Positions 10,135 through 20,157 are shown, numbered from the stretch's first letter. The stretch: 51,710 bases of DNA from an uncultured Methanosarcinales archaeon (GCA_963843555.1 CAWJKV010000008.1:1-51710); one strand, 5' to 3'. Made by a program: numbers and translations. The notes: generated by a model from the sequence alone, not told the origin.

Positions 10135-11192
10135 TCGGCACTAACCTTGCAGCAGGTGGTTATTAATCTATCGATCCGGGCATCCACCACGGTGTGAACC
10201 ACTCCGGGGGAGTACTTCTTGACCCGAACGCACTGCAGGATCTCGGCTCGCCGTCCTAAGATTTTTGCCGCGTCCGTAACATCTCGCACCGCCTGGGCCG
10301 GATGCATCAGAGATGGAATGGTCTGATGATAGTGCAGTATGCCGCCAGGTCGCAGGGCCTGGATGCCCTTTTGCAGATACCTGTCGGTCACCTGGACCAT
10401 GCCCATCACCACCCTGTCAGCAACGCCTACGGGCGTCACCCTGGCGCAGTCTCCAAGAACTGGCTCCACTATATCTTCGACGCGGTTTTGCCTGATATTC
10501 TGGCAGAGATAACGGTAGGCGTTCGGGTTTAACTCAATGGCCATAACCTTCCGGGGCCGGGAATGAACCGCCATTGGCAACGTGAAATAACCAATTCCGG
10601 CAAACATATCCACAACGAACTCGTCCTTCCCAAAAAGGCTCATGCGCATGCGTTCCTTCAGGTTGCCTGCCGAGAACATCACCTTTCGGGCATCAAGATT
10701 GAAGATCACTCCATTCTCACGATGCACTGTTTCGGTCTTGGTCCCGGCAATCATCTCTCGCACAGGCTCCCGAAATTGGCCCTCGATGCCATAGTCGCGC
10801 AAGACCGTGCAACATCGAGGATAGAAGTCTAGAAGAGCCTGAGCGATACGGTATTGGTACCTTGACAGGTCGGGATGGATCTTTACAACTATTACATCTC
10901 CCTGGATATACCAGCCGCGAGGGAGAAGATCAATATCTTTCTTGGGCATCTCGCTTTGCAGTAATTCCGCAAGATCGGGCGTTCTCTTGTAGAAGGCCGG
11001 CCTCTCCTGGATCACCACCTCGCAGCCAGGGACTGGCTTGGTGACAGGGATCTCCACAAAGCACCCCTTTTCCAAGACCTTGCGGCTCCGATCGAGAAGG
11101 CCGAGGGAAGCCACCCTTTTCAGAGTTGCATCCGTATCCTTTCTCACGGCTCTTACAGCCAGCTTAACGTTTCCTGATGTAGCTCTGCTCAA
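10125..11192 (-). CDS. taw2: Trm5/Taw2 (Met-10) family SAM-dependent tRNA modification enzyme, likely Taw2
   Basis: VMFSAGNLKERMRM, VVDMFAGIGYF, ELNP and VKKYSPG motifs. Confidence 0.75.
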   Translation of the reverse strand: MSRATSGNVKLAVRAVRKDTDATLKRVASLGLLDRSRKVLEKGCFVEIPVTKPVPGCEVVIQERPAFYKRTPDLAELLQSEMPKKDIDLLPRGWYIQGDVIVVKIHPDLSRYQYRIAQALLDFYPRCCTVLRDYGIEGQFREPVREMIAGTKTETVHRENGVIFNLDARKVMFSAGNLKERMRMSLFGKDEFVVDMFAGIGYFTLPMAVHSRPRKVMAIELNPNAYRYLCQNIRQNRVEDIVEPVLGDCARVTPVGVADRVVMGMVQVTDRYLQKGIQALRPGGILHYHQTIPSLMHPAQAVRDVTDAAKILGRRAEILQCVRVKKYSPGVVHTVVDARIDRLITTCCKVSAEAR

Positions 11193-12342
11193 ATCGTACG
11201 CCTTCTCCTGTCAGGTTAAACATGAGGATCAGGGATTCATTCTTGCGCGTGACGAAGTAGTCCTGGCCGTGAACCTGAAGGCTGGTGTCATAACCATCTG
11301 GTTCGGCAAAGCTGAGGGCTACGGGAATCGTCGTCCAGTTGCCCTGCAGATAGATCTTCACGTTGGCATCGCCGCTGGAGTTCATTCGCACCATGGTATT
11401 GGCTCCATGAGAGATGGTCACAATGCCGCCTCTTGCACTTATGCTCTGGTCGATATTGGGCGGCAGCGTCATCTCCATGTCACCGGCCATCCCTTCAGGA
11501 TTGATGATATCCAGGCCAAGATAGCTCTCGTTACTGGTGTTGGAAAGGTAAGCTGAATAATCGACAAGAACCGGTGGCCCGATGGGCGAGGAATTTGTAA
11601 AGAATACAAGGGCGGCAATTGCCAGCAAAATGACAACCCCGAGCAAGGCAATAGCTCTGGATGGCACTCCCGTCTTCCTGGGCGTGGCAGGGATTTCAGG
11701 CTCTATTTTGGAAGGCGAGACCGCCGCCACCTTCTCTCTGGGAGGTTCCGGCGCCTCCTCAACCGTCGTCGCGACGGGTTCAGTTATCTTATCGAAGATC
11801 TGGGAGTACGATTCAGGTTTGGCCTCAGAGGAGTCTGGCGTCGCCGGTAATGCCTCTGGCTCCTGGACTTCGTGATTTGGCTCCAGTGCTTCTATCTCCT
11901 CTTCTCCTGGCGAAGGCGTCAGAGGCTCCGGCAGCGAGGGCGTTTTCCTGCGCGTGGGCAGCACAACTGTACCCTCCTCGAAGCTCAATATCAAATCTGA
12001 ATAGGTGCCAGTGGAATCCACAAACTTGAGCGCGCGCGGAACCAGATAGGAGACCCCTGAGATCTTGACCTCTTCGAAGAACTCGGTGTTCTTCATCAGA
12101 CGGTCCTTGAATGCATAGACAGCTCCGCTTTCCATCTTAGCATCTATCTCGCTGAGGCTCGGGAAGCGGTCCTCCTGCGCGGCCAGCTCTTTGGTGGCAA
12201 CGACATAGGCTTCGAAGAAAACACGACTCATTCTATTGAGCCGATTGGTGTAGCGCCTATCGAAGAGAAAAGAAAAGCTATCTCCTTTGAGCTGCAAACT
12301 TTCTTCGCGCGAGTTCCGCCAGGCCGAGAAAGAGACGTCCAT
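11164..12342 (-). CDS. Hypothetical membrane-anchored protein with Pro/Glu-rich linker
   Basis: 392 aa ORF with a single TM helix (AIALLGVVILLAIAALVFF). Confidence 0.7.
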   Translation of the reverse strand: MDVSFSAWRNSREESLQLKGDSFSFLFDRRYTNRLNRMSRVFFEAYVVATKELAAQEDRFPSLSEIDAKMESGAVYAFKDRLMKNTEFFEEVKISGVSYLVPRALKFVDSTGTYSDLILSFEEGTVVLPTRRKTPSLPEPLTPSPGEEEIEALEPNHEVQEPEALPATPDSSEAKPESYSQIFDKITEPVATTVEEAPEPPREKVAAVSPSKIEPEIPATPRKTGVPSRAIALLGVVILLAIAALVFFTNSSPIGPPVLVDYSAYLSNTSNESYLGLDIINPEGMAGDMEMTLPPNIDQSISARGGIVTISHGANTMVRMNSSGDANVKIYLQGNWTTIPVALSFAEPDGYDTSLQVHGQDYFVTRKNESLILMFNLTGEGVRFEQSYIRKR

Positions 12343-12501
12343 CAGATAAGCATATCTTCAAACCAAATAAGTATTTTATGTATGGCAATAGGCAGGATGT
12401 CCTGGCGTCGGAGAGAAAATGGGGATCAAAGCATCAAATAAATCTCATATCAACCTCGTATGACAGCTATCTTTAAATCTCGCTAGCTAGAGACAAGAGA
12501 G

Positions 12502-13245
12502 TTGATGAAGCATTTGGGATTGGTGCATATTCTTCTGCTCTTCATGGTGGCGGGGCTATTCCTTGGACCTGCAACGGCAGAACTGACGGCCAGCCAGAAC
12601 GTTCCCCCATCGGCGAATGTAGGCGAGAACGTAATGGTAACTGTAGTGCTGACCTACAGCGGCAGCAATGCCGCTCAGGCCATAATTACACCTGGGCTTA
12701 CTCCTGGCCTCGAGACCAATTATCCTGGAGGCCAGGCGATGGATCTGTATCCAGGGTTATCGGCACCCATCAGCTATCCTATAAGAGCCGTGCAGAGCGG
12801 TACATATCTGGTGACCTCTCTGGTATCGTATTCCGAAGAAGGAACTTGGCGAAACTTGCGTCTGGAATCACCCTTCACGGCCTCTGGCCAGCTTGAGCCA
12901 GGGCAGATGCAGCCCTTTCCAGGACAAGAAATACCCGGTGTTTTGCCCCAAGACGGCAACCCATACGGAACAAATCCATACGGAATAAATTCGAATGCAA
13001 CAAATCCATATGGGACAAATCAGAACGCGACATATCCGAATGCAACAAATCCATATGGGACAAATCCATATGGGACAAATCCTTATGGCACAAATCCGAA
13101 CGGATCCAATCCCGGCGATATGCCTCCCTCTAGTGGTTTCGGCCAGAATGAAGGAATGCCAAATGATTCGATAACCAACCGAGGCCAACCTGGGCAGTAT
13201 CCAACCGGTGATGCAGACCAAGGATCCTGGCCGGAAGGGCAGTAG
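12502..13245 (+). CDS. Secreted protein with N-terminal beta-rich (Ig-like) domain and TNPYG-repeat tail
   Basis: Signal peptide, beta-strand-rich segment, and low-complexity repeat tail. Confidence 0.75.
   Translation: MMKHLGLVHILLLFMVAGLFLGPATAELTASQNVPPSANVGENVMVTVVLTYSGSNAAQAIITPGLTPGLETNYPGGQAMDLYPGLSAPISYPIRAVQSGTYLVTSLVSYSEEGTWRNLRLESPFTASGQLEPGQMQPFPGQEIPGVLPQDGNPYGTNPYGINSNATNPYGTNQNATYPNATNPYGTNPYGTNPYGTNPNGSNPGDMPPSSGFGQNEGMPNDSITNRGQPGQYPTGDADQGSWPEGQ
12958..13116 (+). repeat. Imperfect 15-bp tandem repeat (ACAAATCCATAYGGR) encoding TNPYG-type pentapeptides
   Basis: About 10 units visible, e.g. acaaatccatatggg acaaatccatatggg acaaatccttatggc. Confidence 0.9.
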
Positions 13246-13334
13246 GTTCGAGCAAATCCCAAAACATTTTTCTCTTCACCCAGAAATATAAGATTCGAGA
13301 TGATTCTCGAACCGGCGCTGTAGGGAATCTTATC

Positions 13335-13883
13335 CTATTTATTGTCTAATTTTAGATCGTCGCGGGTGAAGAGGGCTTGCAGCGCGAATCCCCGCAACTC
13401 GATGGCTTCTCTTCCACCTTCCTGGCGATCCAGTATGGACAGGGCTTGTACAGGCTGGTAGCCCGCGGCCGCGATGCGATCTATGGCCCTGATGAGAGAG
13501 GCACCCGAGGTGACCACATCTTCCACCACGGCAACCTTTGCTCCTGTCTCCAGGGCAGGCCCTTCCACGTAATTCATGGTGCCATGCTTCTTGGGCTCTT
13601 TTCTAACAATCAGGGCTGCCAGCCCTCTGCCCTGTAAATGGCTTAAGACCGATATAGATGATACAATAGGGTCTGCACCCAGGGTAAGACCACCTACGGC
13701 TGACACATCCGGCCGGATCATCTCCAGCATAAGCCCGGCTGTTAAATAGGCCCCCTCCGGGCTTAAGGTAACACGCTTGCAGTCAATGTAGTAGTCGCTG
13801 GTCCTGCCAGAAGACAGGGTGACCGGCCTTACCTCCAGGGACTTCTCCACCAGCAGCTCCAAGAGTCTCTCTCTATCATTCAC
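13335..13883 (-). CDS. pyrE: Orotate phosphoribosyltransferase
   Basis: LSSGRTSDYYID, RKEPKKHG and PRPP-binding VVEDVVTSG. Likely GTG start at 13883. Confidence 0.95.
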   Translation of the reverse strand: MNDRERLLELLVEKSLEVRPVTLSSGRTSDYYIDCKRVTLSPEGAYLTAGLMLEMIRPDVSAVGGLTLGADPIVSSISVLSHLQGRGLAALIVRKEPKKHGTMNYVEGPALETGAKVAVVEDVVTSGASLIRAIDRIAAAGYQPVQALSILDRQEGGREAIELRGFALQALFTRDDLKLDNK

Positions 13884-13945
13884 TTTATCGCCCTCTGAAA
13901 TTATCCGGAAAAGCATGCGGAGGCCGAGCTAATAACTCTTGCTGC

Positions 13946-14707
13946 TCAAACCGGCATCTTTCGAGCCGCTTTTATCTCCCTCAGCAGACCGAGGTCGGTT
14001 CCATCCCGTAGATAAAGGCGCGCGTGCTCGCAATCCATCATTGTAAGGAGCGGGCCGCGCAGGTCATCGGAGGGCTCATTGAGGGGCAATCCGCCGCATA
14101 GATCATTGAAGGCGGGCATGATGATGATCTCGGCATCACTCGCAAAACCGTAATGCTCTTGCACCGACTCCGGCAGGAGAGGTGCTTTGGCCCAAACGGG
14201 TCGGGTCAGGGAGTATCCCAGAGGATCTTTCAGTCTCACCGCGGGGTGCAGGTGCCCCGCTACCAGTCGATCGGCATGCATGATCTCCTCATCAGGCCAG
14301 GTGTGGCCATGAAAATAGCCCACGCCGTCCAGCACAAAGCCAGAGGATGGTCGCAACCGTACGCCCAGAGGGGCCATGTCTGCCAGGTTGCTGTCATGAT
14401 TTCCCGGAACGATCTCCACCTTTACCTGATCCGACAGCCGGCGCAAAAAATCCGGTATCTCCCTTCTCTCTTGCCAACTCGTTTTGGGAACATTATGCTT
14501 CAGGTCTCCCAGAAGCAGGAGTCTGTCCGGAACAATCTCTGCCACATATCCCTGCAGTCGCGCCAGAATCTTCTCAGTCTGACTGGGAATAGAGACTCCG
14601 CCCAGCCACAGTTCGTGCTCAAGACCCAGATGGAGGTCGGCCGCAACCAGAACTCTCTCCCTTCCTTCCACCAGGAGTAGGGTTGTATCAAAGATGGGCG
14701 CGATCAA
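13946..14707 (-). CDS. Calcineurin-like metallophosphoesterase
   Basis: DLH, GD, GNHD, HGH and GHLHP motifs. Confidence 0.9.
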   Translation of the reverse strand: MIAPIFDTTLLLVEGRERVLVAADLHLGLEHELWLGGVSIPSQTEKILARLQGYVAEIVPDRLLLLGDLKHNVPKTSWQERREIPDFLRRLSDQVKVEIVPGNHDSNLADMAPLGVRLRPSSGFVLDGVGYFHGHTWPDEEIMHADRLVAGHLHPAVRLKDPLGYSLTRPVWAKAPLLPESVQEHYGFASDAEIIIMPAFNDLCGGLPLNEPSDDLRGPLLTMMDCEHARLYLRDGTDLGLLREIKAARKMPV

Positions 14708-15126
14708 TCCAGGAGCCTCTCGAGCTCGATATAAAGCTCATCCGTGCTAGATGCCACGGTCACGCAAGAGCGCTCGATCATGAGGTTGACCCTGGACCCA
14801 TCCGACTCGCCCGCGCGCCGAAAGTCCGTTCTGATCCCCAGGATTTTCTTGCCTTGACTGAAAAAGTAGCCGATCTCCCAGGCTGTGCCGTCGTCCACCT
14901 GCGCGCCATCCAGGACGGCAACCATCAGATCGCATTCGTCTAAAGCCTTAAGATTTGCCCGAAAGACCCCTTCTGGCAGCGCCCTGTCAGGGACAATCTC
15001 ATGAGGCCATATGACCTCCATATCCGTCAGATGTTCCCTCAGAAAGGCGGAAAATCGCTCTCCCCAGGCAATTTCGCCCGCGGAGAAGAGCGGGCCTGAG
15101 AGATAGATCTTGTGGACCGTCATCAT
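14704..15126 (-). CDS. Nucleoside 2-deoxyribosyltransferase family protein
   Basis: IYLSGPLF, DDGTAWEIGY and NLMI motifs. Confidence 0.9.
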   Translation of the reverse strand: MMTVHKIYLSGPLFSAGEIAWGERFSAFLREHLTDMEVIWPHEIVPDRALPEGVFRANLKALDECDLMVAVLDGAQVDDGTAWEIGYFFSQGKKILGIRTDFRRAGESDGSRVNLMIERSCVTVASSTDELYIELERLLD

Positions 15127-16625
15127 CCAGTAGAGGCGGCTGCTTCCATGAGCCTGGTCTTCACAAAATCTCTTTCCAGGCTGGCCAGGAACCATCCCAC
15201 TTTTGGGCCTTGCCGGTCGCCCAGGAACGCCAGGTAGATGGCCTGGAAAAACTTTTTGGAATCCAGGTTCTGCTCTTTGGCCACAGCATAAACCAGCTCG
15301 TGAATCTCGGCAGCGGTCTTTTCGTCGATCTGCTCGGCCAGAAGGCCCAGGCCCCGGCGTTCTGTGGGCGTGAGGTTGTTTATGGCCGAAGGGAGCGTCT
15401 CTTGAACCTGGAATTTGACATAGGCAGGTGCATGCTTATCCAGCCACGTCTGCACATTGTGAGCCCGTCCCAGGATCTCTTCTCGCCTGGAAATCACATC
15501 GTATCCGGATCTCTTCAGGGCCATGAAGAGGCTATCCTCGTCGCCCCGGGCGATCTGCACCGCTGTGACCATATGGCGGAAGGGTATCTCGAACGGGCCG
15601 CTGCGGCTGATGTTGGAGAGCTCAATGGCCCTCTCATCCCCTTTTCTCTGGTCATACTCATCGACCAGACTGAGCAGGGGCAGCCCGGGATCGAACTCGA
15701 TGTGCTTCTCGGGCTTATTTCTGATGATCAGGTAGCGCAGGACCTCTGGAGGCACGACATCGAGCATATCCTGGATGGTGACCACTATCCCTGTGGAGCT
15801 ATGCATGGCGCCCACGCCCTTGAGATGAATCCATTCGTAGACCATGGGGAAAGGAGCCGGGTAGCCATAGATCTCCTCGCTGATCCTCTTGCCTGTGTCG
15901 TATGAGCCGCCTGCAGTAGCATGATCCTTGCCGAAGGGCTCTACGGTGACTCGGAAGATGGGCCAGCGGGCTGGCCAGTCCACGCGCCAGACCAGTTTTC
16001 CTCCACCGCGGAATGAGACTTTGCCAACGCTTCCGCAGGAACATACATAGTCCACCGTCTCGGCATCCAGATCGAATCCCGTGACGTGCGTCGTGTTCGT
16101 CCGGCCGCATGAAGAGCAGATGGCATCAAATGGGCTCCAGCCCTCGGGGACGTCGCGGCCTGAGACCTCTTTCAGGATGCGGGCGATGTCGTCCTTACGC
16201 TGCAGGGCCGTCTTTATGGCATCGACATACTTGCCCTCTTTGTAGAGCACATCAGCCCGGAAGACCTCCGGCTTTATGCCCAGCCGCTCCATGCTTTTCA
16301 AGAAGGGATTGAGGAAGTGGTCGGCATAGCTGCCGCAGCATCCCGTGGGGCAGGGAATCTCGGAGAGAGGTTTGCCGATGTGCTCATTGAAGCTCTCCGG
16401 CAGGAATGGGTAGAGCCTGCGCAGCCGGTCGAAGGTATCGGCAATGTAAATCAGGCGCGCTTCCACACCCCGATCCAGGAGAGCGCGATAGACAGCTTCT
16501 GCCGTCATGACCTCGCGCATGTTTCCGATGTGGACCGGCCCGGAAGGGGTTATGCCTGTAGCGATGGTGTGGGGGCCAGAGCCTTCCAGCTTCTCGGCGA
16601 TGACATCAGCCCAGTGAATTGACAT
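15123..16625 (-). CDS. lysS: Lysine--tRNA ligase, class I
   Basis: [26 protein letters not shown] and MHSSTG (KMSKS-like) motifs. Confidence 0.96.
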   Translation of the reverse strand: MSIHWADVIAEKLEGSGPHTIATGITPSGPVHIGNMREVMTAEAVYRALLDRGVEARLIYIADTFDRLRRLYPFLPESFNEHIGKPLSEIPCPTGCCGSYADHFLNPFLKSMERLGIKPEVFRADVLYKEGKYVDAIKTALQRKDDIARILKEVSGRDVPEGWSPFDAICSSCGRTNTTHVTGFDLDAETVDYVCSCGSVGKVSFRGGGKLVWRVDWPARWPIFRVTVEPFGKDHATAGGSYDTGKRISEEIYGYPAPFPMVYEWIHLKGVGAMHSSTGIVVTIQDMLDVVPPEVLRYLIIRNKPEKHIEFDPGLPLLSLVDEYDQRKGDERAIELSNISRSGPFEIPFRHMVTAVQIARGDEDSLFMALKRSGYDVISRREEILGRAHNVQTWLDKHAPAYVKFQVQETLPSAINNLTPTERRGLGLLAEQIDEKTAAEIHELVYAVAKEQNLDSKKFFQAIYLAFLGDRQGPKVGWFLASLERDFVKTRLMEAAASTG

Positions 16626-16751
16626 GAAAGGGTTTCGATGCAAGAAGGGAATATTAAGCTTCCGTTGCGCCTTAAGGCAATCTGCATCAAGTCTTGCTGC
16701 CGGAGATCTCGTGGAGAGGTTTTTTTAAGCAGTACTGCAACTATCAGTCCG

Positions 16752-17210
16752 ATGCCTCTCATCGACCGCCCCGGTCTGGACGAGTATTTCATGGAGATTG
16801 CAACTGTGGTAGCGAAGCGGTCCACCTGTCTGCGTAACCAGGTGGGAGCGCTCTTCGTGAAGAACAAGAGAATTCTCACCACTGGTTACAACGGCGCGCC
16901 CGCTGGCCTCGACCACTGCGACATCGTGGGCTGCGCCCGTGAGAATGTGGAGAGCGGCACGCGCCACGAGCTCTGCCGGGCAGTGCATGCCGAGCAGAAC
17001 GCCATCATTCAGGCGGCAATGCACGGCATCAGCATCGAGGGGGCAACGCTCTATTGCACTCACCAGCCCTGCATCCTCTGCTCCAAGATGATGATCAACG
17101 CGCGGGTGAAAAAGATCGTCTATCAACAGAGCTACCCCGACCAGACGGCACTTGATTTCTTGCAGCAGGCGGGAATTGAGGTGGTGAGGGCAGAGGAAAG
17201 GGTATTGTGA
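16752..17210 (+). CDS. dCMP deaminase / cytidine-deoxycytidylate deaminase family
   Basis: RSTC...TGYNG, HAEQNA and PCILC zinc motifs. Confidence 0.92.
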   Translation: MPLIDRPGLDEYFMEIATVVAKRSTCLRNQVGALFVKNKRILTTGYNGAPAGLDHCDIVGCARENVESGTRHELCRAVHAEQNAIIQAAMHGISIEGATLYCTHQPCILCSKMMINARVKKIVYQQSYPDQTALDFLQQAGIEVVRAEERVL

Positions 17211-17926
17211 GGGGAAAGCTCGCAATTGAGGGCCCATTCTCAGTGAATGATCAAAATCATATCGCGCAAATGCTCAAATCGCCAATTGATCACTCCCAGG
17301 CCAGAGCTCAGTTCCTTGAGGCAATTTCCTGACCCTCAACTTCTTCAGGAGCGCAGCCTTCGCCTCCTTTTCTGATACAGCCTATGCAAATCTCATATCC
17401 ACTGGACAATCCATCCCAGCATATCGAAAACGCCACAATGAGGATTTGGTCTTCATTCTATGCCTCATTGATGGATCATATAATAGCTTATAGAGTTTAT
17501 CTTACGGATAATGCGAGATTTGGCGGTTTAACTTGTTGGTCTGCCTGAGCTTGATTCATTTCGCAAATCTGCCCGGCACGAGACCTATCCTTGGTTGCAG
17601 ACTTACGCAATCTTCCTGTGGCCGACTCTTCGATAGTCTGGTCGCTTTGAGGCTTTTCAAAGGCTCCCGTAACCATCTTGGATAACAACTACCGCGGATA
17701 GTACCCAAAGATATAAATATAATGCTGAGAAAGAAGTAATGGAGGTTCCTCGCTGAATCACTGAATCATAACCAGTGGCCGACGACGTTTCAACTGCAGA
17801 ATTTCACAGAGGACGCACATAGACAAACTTAACGATTGGAGAACCATAGTAACCCAAGATTAGCACTGAAAATGCGAAGAGCCCATTAGGGACAGAAGTC
17901 CTAATACAGAAAGGAGAACGATCTCA

Positions 17927-18130
17927 ATGGAAGTAAGAATGCAACCAATGAAAATTGACGAGGAGCAAATTAAGCGTGCTAAAGTGAAGACGGATCCCGC
18001 CTACAGGCAAGTAGCAGAAGGTTTGGCGAGAGAAGTCACGGATATGTTCAATCATCCGGATGCACGACTGAAAATTGAATGTTGCATTGAAGGATGCTGT
18101 GTCAGCTGGTGCTGCATTCAAATATCTTAA
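17927..18130 (+). CDS. Putative RiPP precursor peptide with C-terminal core ECCIEGCCVSWCCIQIS
   Basis: AGGAG RBS at 17912-17916, charged Cys-free leader, six Cys clustered in the last 16 residues, directly upstream of a radical SAM/SPASM gene. Confidence 0.8.
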   Translation: MEVRMQPMKIDEEQIKRAKVKTDPAYRQVAEGLAREVTDMFNHPDARLKIECCIEGCCVSWCCIQIS

Positions 18131-18133
18131 GAC

Positions 18134-18162
18134 GATGAAGATCGTTTCATCTAATATTTTTT
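18134..18162 (+). terminator. Intergenic hairpin plus T-tract between precursor and maturase
   Basis: GATGAA-GATCGT-TTCATC stem-loop followed by TAATATTTTTT. Confidence 0.4.
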
Positions 18163-18178
18163 GGCAGCGGAGGACACT

Positions 18179-19594
18179 ATGTACTATCCTAGTCGTTACA
18201 ATCATCTTGTCGAACTAAAATCAAAGGACAATGGAACTATAAGGATTCTTAAAAACCTGCTCTTTGGAGCGACAGACATCGTTAATGAAGAGGTTTACAG
18301 GACTTTTCTGGAAGGAGAGAAAAATGGAGTGCTATCTGAAGACCAACTCTCTGATGACATTTGGAATCATTACATAGAACGTGGTCTTGTTTGGCTGGAT
18401 CCCGATGCAGAAGAATCGTTGGTCAGAACGGGAGGCAAATCCTACGGTCAGCGTGATGAAATCGCAGCCGGATTGAATGGTGGTTACTATGGCTTCATCA
18501 CTTCACTTCACTGCAACTTAGCCTGCCCGTATTGTTTCCAGAGAGCTAAGGCATCATCCTGTGGATTCCTCTCAAAGAAACAAGTGGATCTTGGCATAGA
18601 TGTCATCAATGAATGCGAAAATAGGTCAATGGAGCTGAATAAAGGGAAAAAGATGTTGCCCAAGATCTCCATCACGGGAGGCGAACCCCTGCTGAGACAC
18701 AAAGCGAATCTAGAAGTTCTTGATTATCTGATGAGCAGGTTATCGGAACTGCACTGGCCCTATAATATAACCACTAACGGCACTTATTTAGAGGAGTTTG
18801 TGGCCGAGCATGATCCACCAAAGAATTGCCGCAATGTACAAGTTACTCTGGACGGCCCTCGCGAAATTCATGATCAGCGTCGTCGCTATCGCAACAACAG
18901 TGATTCCTCATTTGATAAAATAATAAAAGGAGTGGATTCAGCACTATCTGATGGCTGGAAGATCACTCTGCGCGTAAATCTGGATATGAATAACGTAGAG
19001 CATTTGCCGAGGCTTGCCGAATTCGTGCAAGAACATGGTTGGCTTGAGTCCAAAGATTTCTCAGCATATGTGTCTCCGGTGACCGATCATGGGTCTCTTG
19101 GCAATTATGATACACCCAAGGACGAGGCAGATCTGCTCCTGGCGCTATTGCAGGTAGTTGAAAAAACGCCTTATATCCGTGAGGTATTCGACATTAAGCA
19201 TTTCAGGGGCTTCAATTACGTTGAGCGCATATTGTTGCACAATGATCCACGATATCCTGTGATCTATCGTTGTGAAGCAGTATTAGGGATGTACATCTTT
19301 GATCCTAAAGGAGATGTGCACGTCTGTCTGGAAGGGGCAGGAGATTCATCAATGAGAATTGGATCATACGATCCGAAATGGGAATTGAATGATGCTGCTG
19401 CAGCACGTTGGATGGAAAGGAACGTCCTAAAAATGGAGGAATGCGATAAATGCAAGGTTCGATTTATCTGCGCCGGCGGATGTACCATGGATGGTATCAA
19501 TCATGGAAATACTGCACGTTGCATGCCGTTTCTTAGAGAAATGGATATTGCATGGCAATACTATGCAAGAAACAGGCCAGAGTTATTCGCATAA
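18179..19594 (+). CDS. Radical SAM/SPASM domain peptide maturase
   Basis: GGAGGA RBS before ATG 18179, CNLACPYC cluster motif, GGEPLL, TTNG, QVTLDG, SPASM C-x17-C...C-x2-C-x5-C-x3-C-x12-C, and an ~80 aa N-terminal extension where an RRE would lie. Confidence 0.93.
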   Translation: MYYPSRYNHLVELKSKDNGTIRILKNLLFGATDIVNEEVYRTFLEGEKNGVLSEDQLSDDIWNHYIERGLVWLDPDAEESLVRTGGKSYGQRDEIAAGLNGGYYGFITSLHCNLACPYCFQRAKASSCGFLSKKQVDLGIDVINECENRSMELNKGKKMLPKISITGGEPLLRHKANLEVLDYLMSRLSELHWPYNITTNGTYLEEFVAEHDPPKNCRNVQVTLDGPREIHDQRRRYRNNSDSSFDKIIKGVDSALSDGWKITLRVNLDMNNVEHLPRLAEFVQEHGWLESKDFSAYVSPVTDHGSLGNYDTPKDEADLLLALLQVVEKTPYIREVFDIKHFRGFNYVERILLHNDPRYPVIYRCEAVLGMYIFDPKGDVHVCLEGAGDSSMRIGSYDPKWELNDAAAARWMERNVLKMEECDKCKVRFICAGGCTMDGINHGNTARCMPFLREMDIAWQYYARNRPELFA

Positions 19595-19785
19595 TTGACA
19601 GCGTATCTGATCCTGTTAATCCCCTGAAAACACTGTCAATTGCTGCCACGAGAGCAACAATCTCGGCAAACGCATTTGCAATGTTATCTAGAAGATTGTA
19701 TAAAAATGTGCGTGAAAAATGCACACTGCTAGATGATGAGGACCTGGAGATATTGAAGGGAGGCTCTCCAGGATGCCTCTTCGAT

Positions 19786-20157
19786 TTAGGCTTCTAAACG
19801 GATTTGTGAGATGGAATTGTCTGGAATGCGTTCTTTCGTCACATCTGAATAAACTCCGGGCCCGAGAGTGACACTTGGATTTGACACCCCTCCCGAACCA
19901 ACAGGATCCGCAAAGAAAGTCCAATTCCCGGAGATTATTACCATCGATGAGATTTGGTCGTTCCAAAATCTTCCATCCGAGTTAGTGGTCAAATCTGGGT
20001 CGCTCGCGAAATAATGTTTATGCTGGCCCTCCATATTAGTATTCTCAAAAACTATTACTTGCGGAATCGCCTCTTGGGCGACAGAGACCGCAATCATTGC
20101 AATCATCGCAACCGCTGCGATGAGTATGCTTGTGGCTAGTTTTCCTGCAAATTTCAT
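19786..20157 (-). CDS. Secreted beta/gamma-crystallin domain protein
   Basis: Signal peptide, VFENTNMEG Greek-key motif, and Ca-binding-type NDQISS and DNSISQ motifs. Confidence 0.85.
   Translation of the reverse strand: MKFAGKLATSILIAAVAMIAMIAVSVAQEAIPQVIVFENTNMEGQHKHYFASDPDLTTNSDGRFWNDQISSMVIISGNWTFFADPVGSGGVSNPSVTLGPGVYSDVTKERIPDNSISQIRLEA

Noticed and set aside
12958..13116. Short periodic repeats as a CRISPR array
   Set aside because: The period is 15 bp, in frame within a CDS, with no unique spacers and no cas genes.
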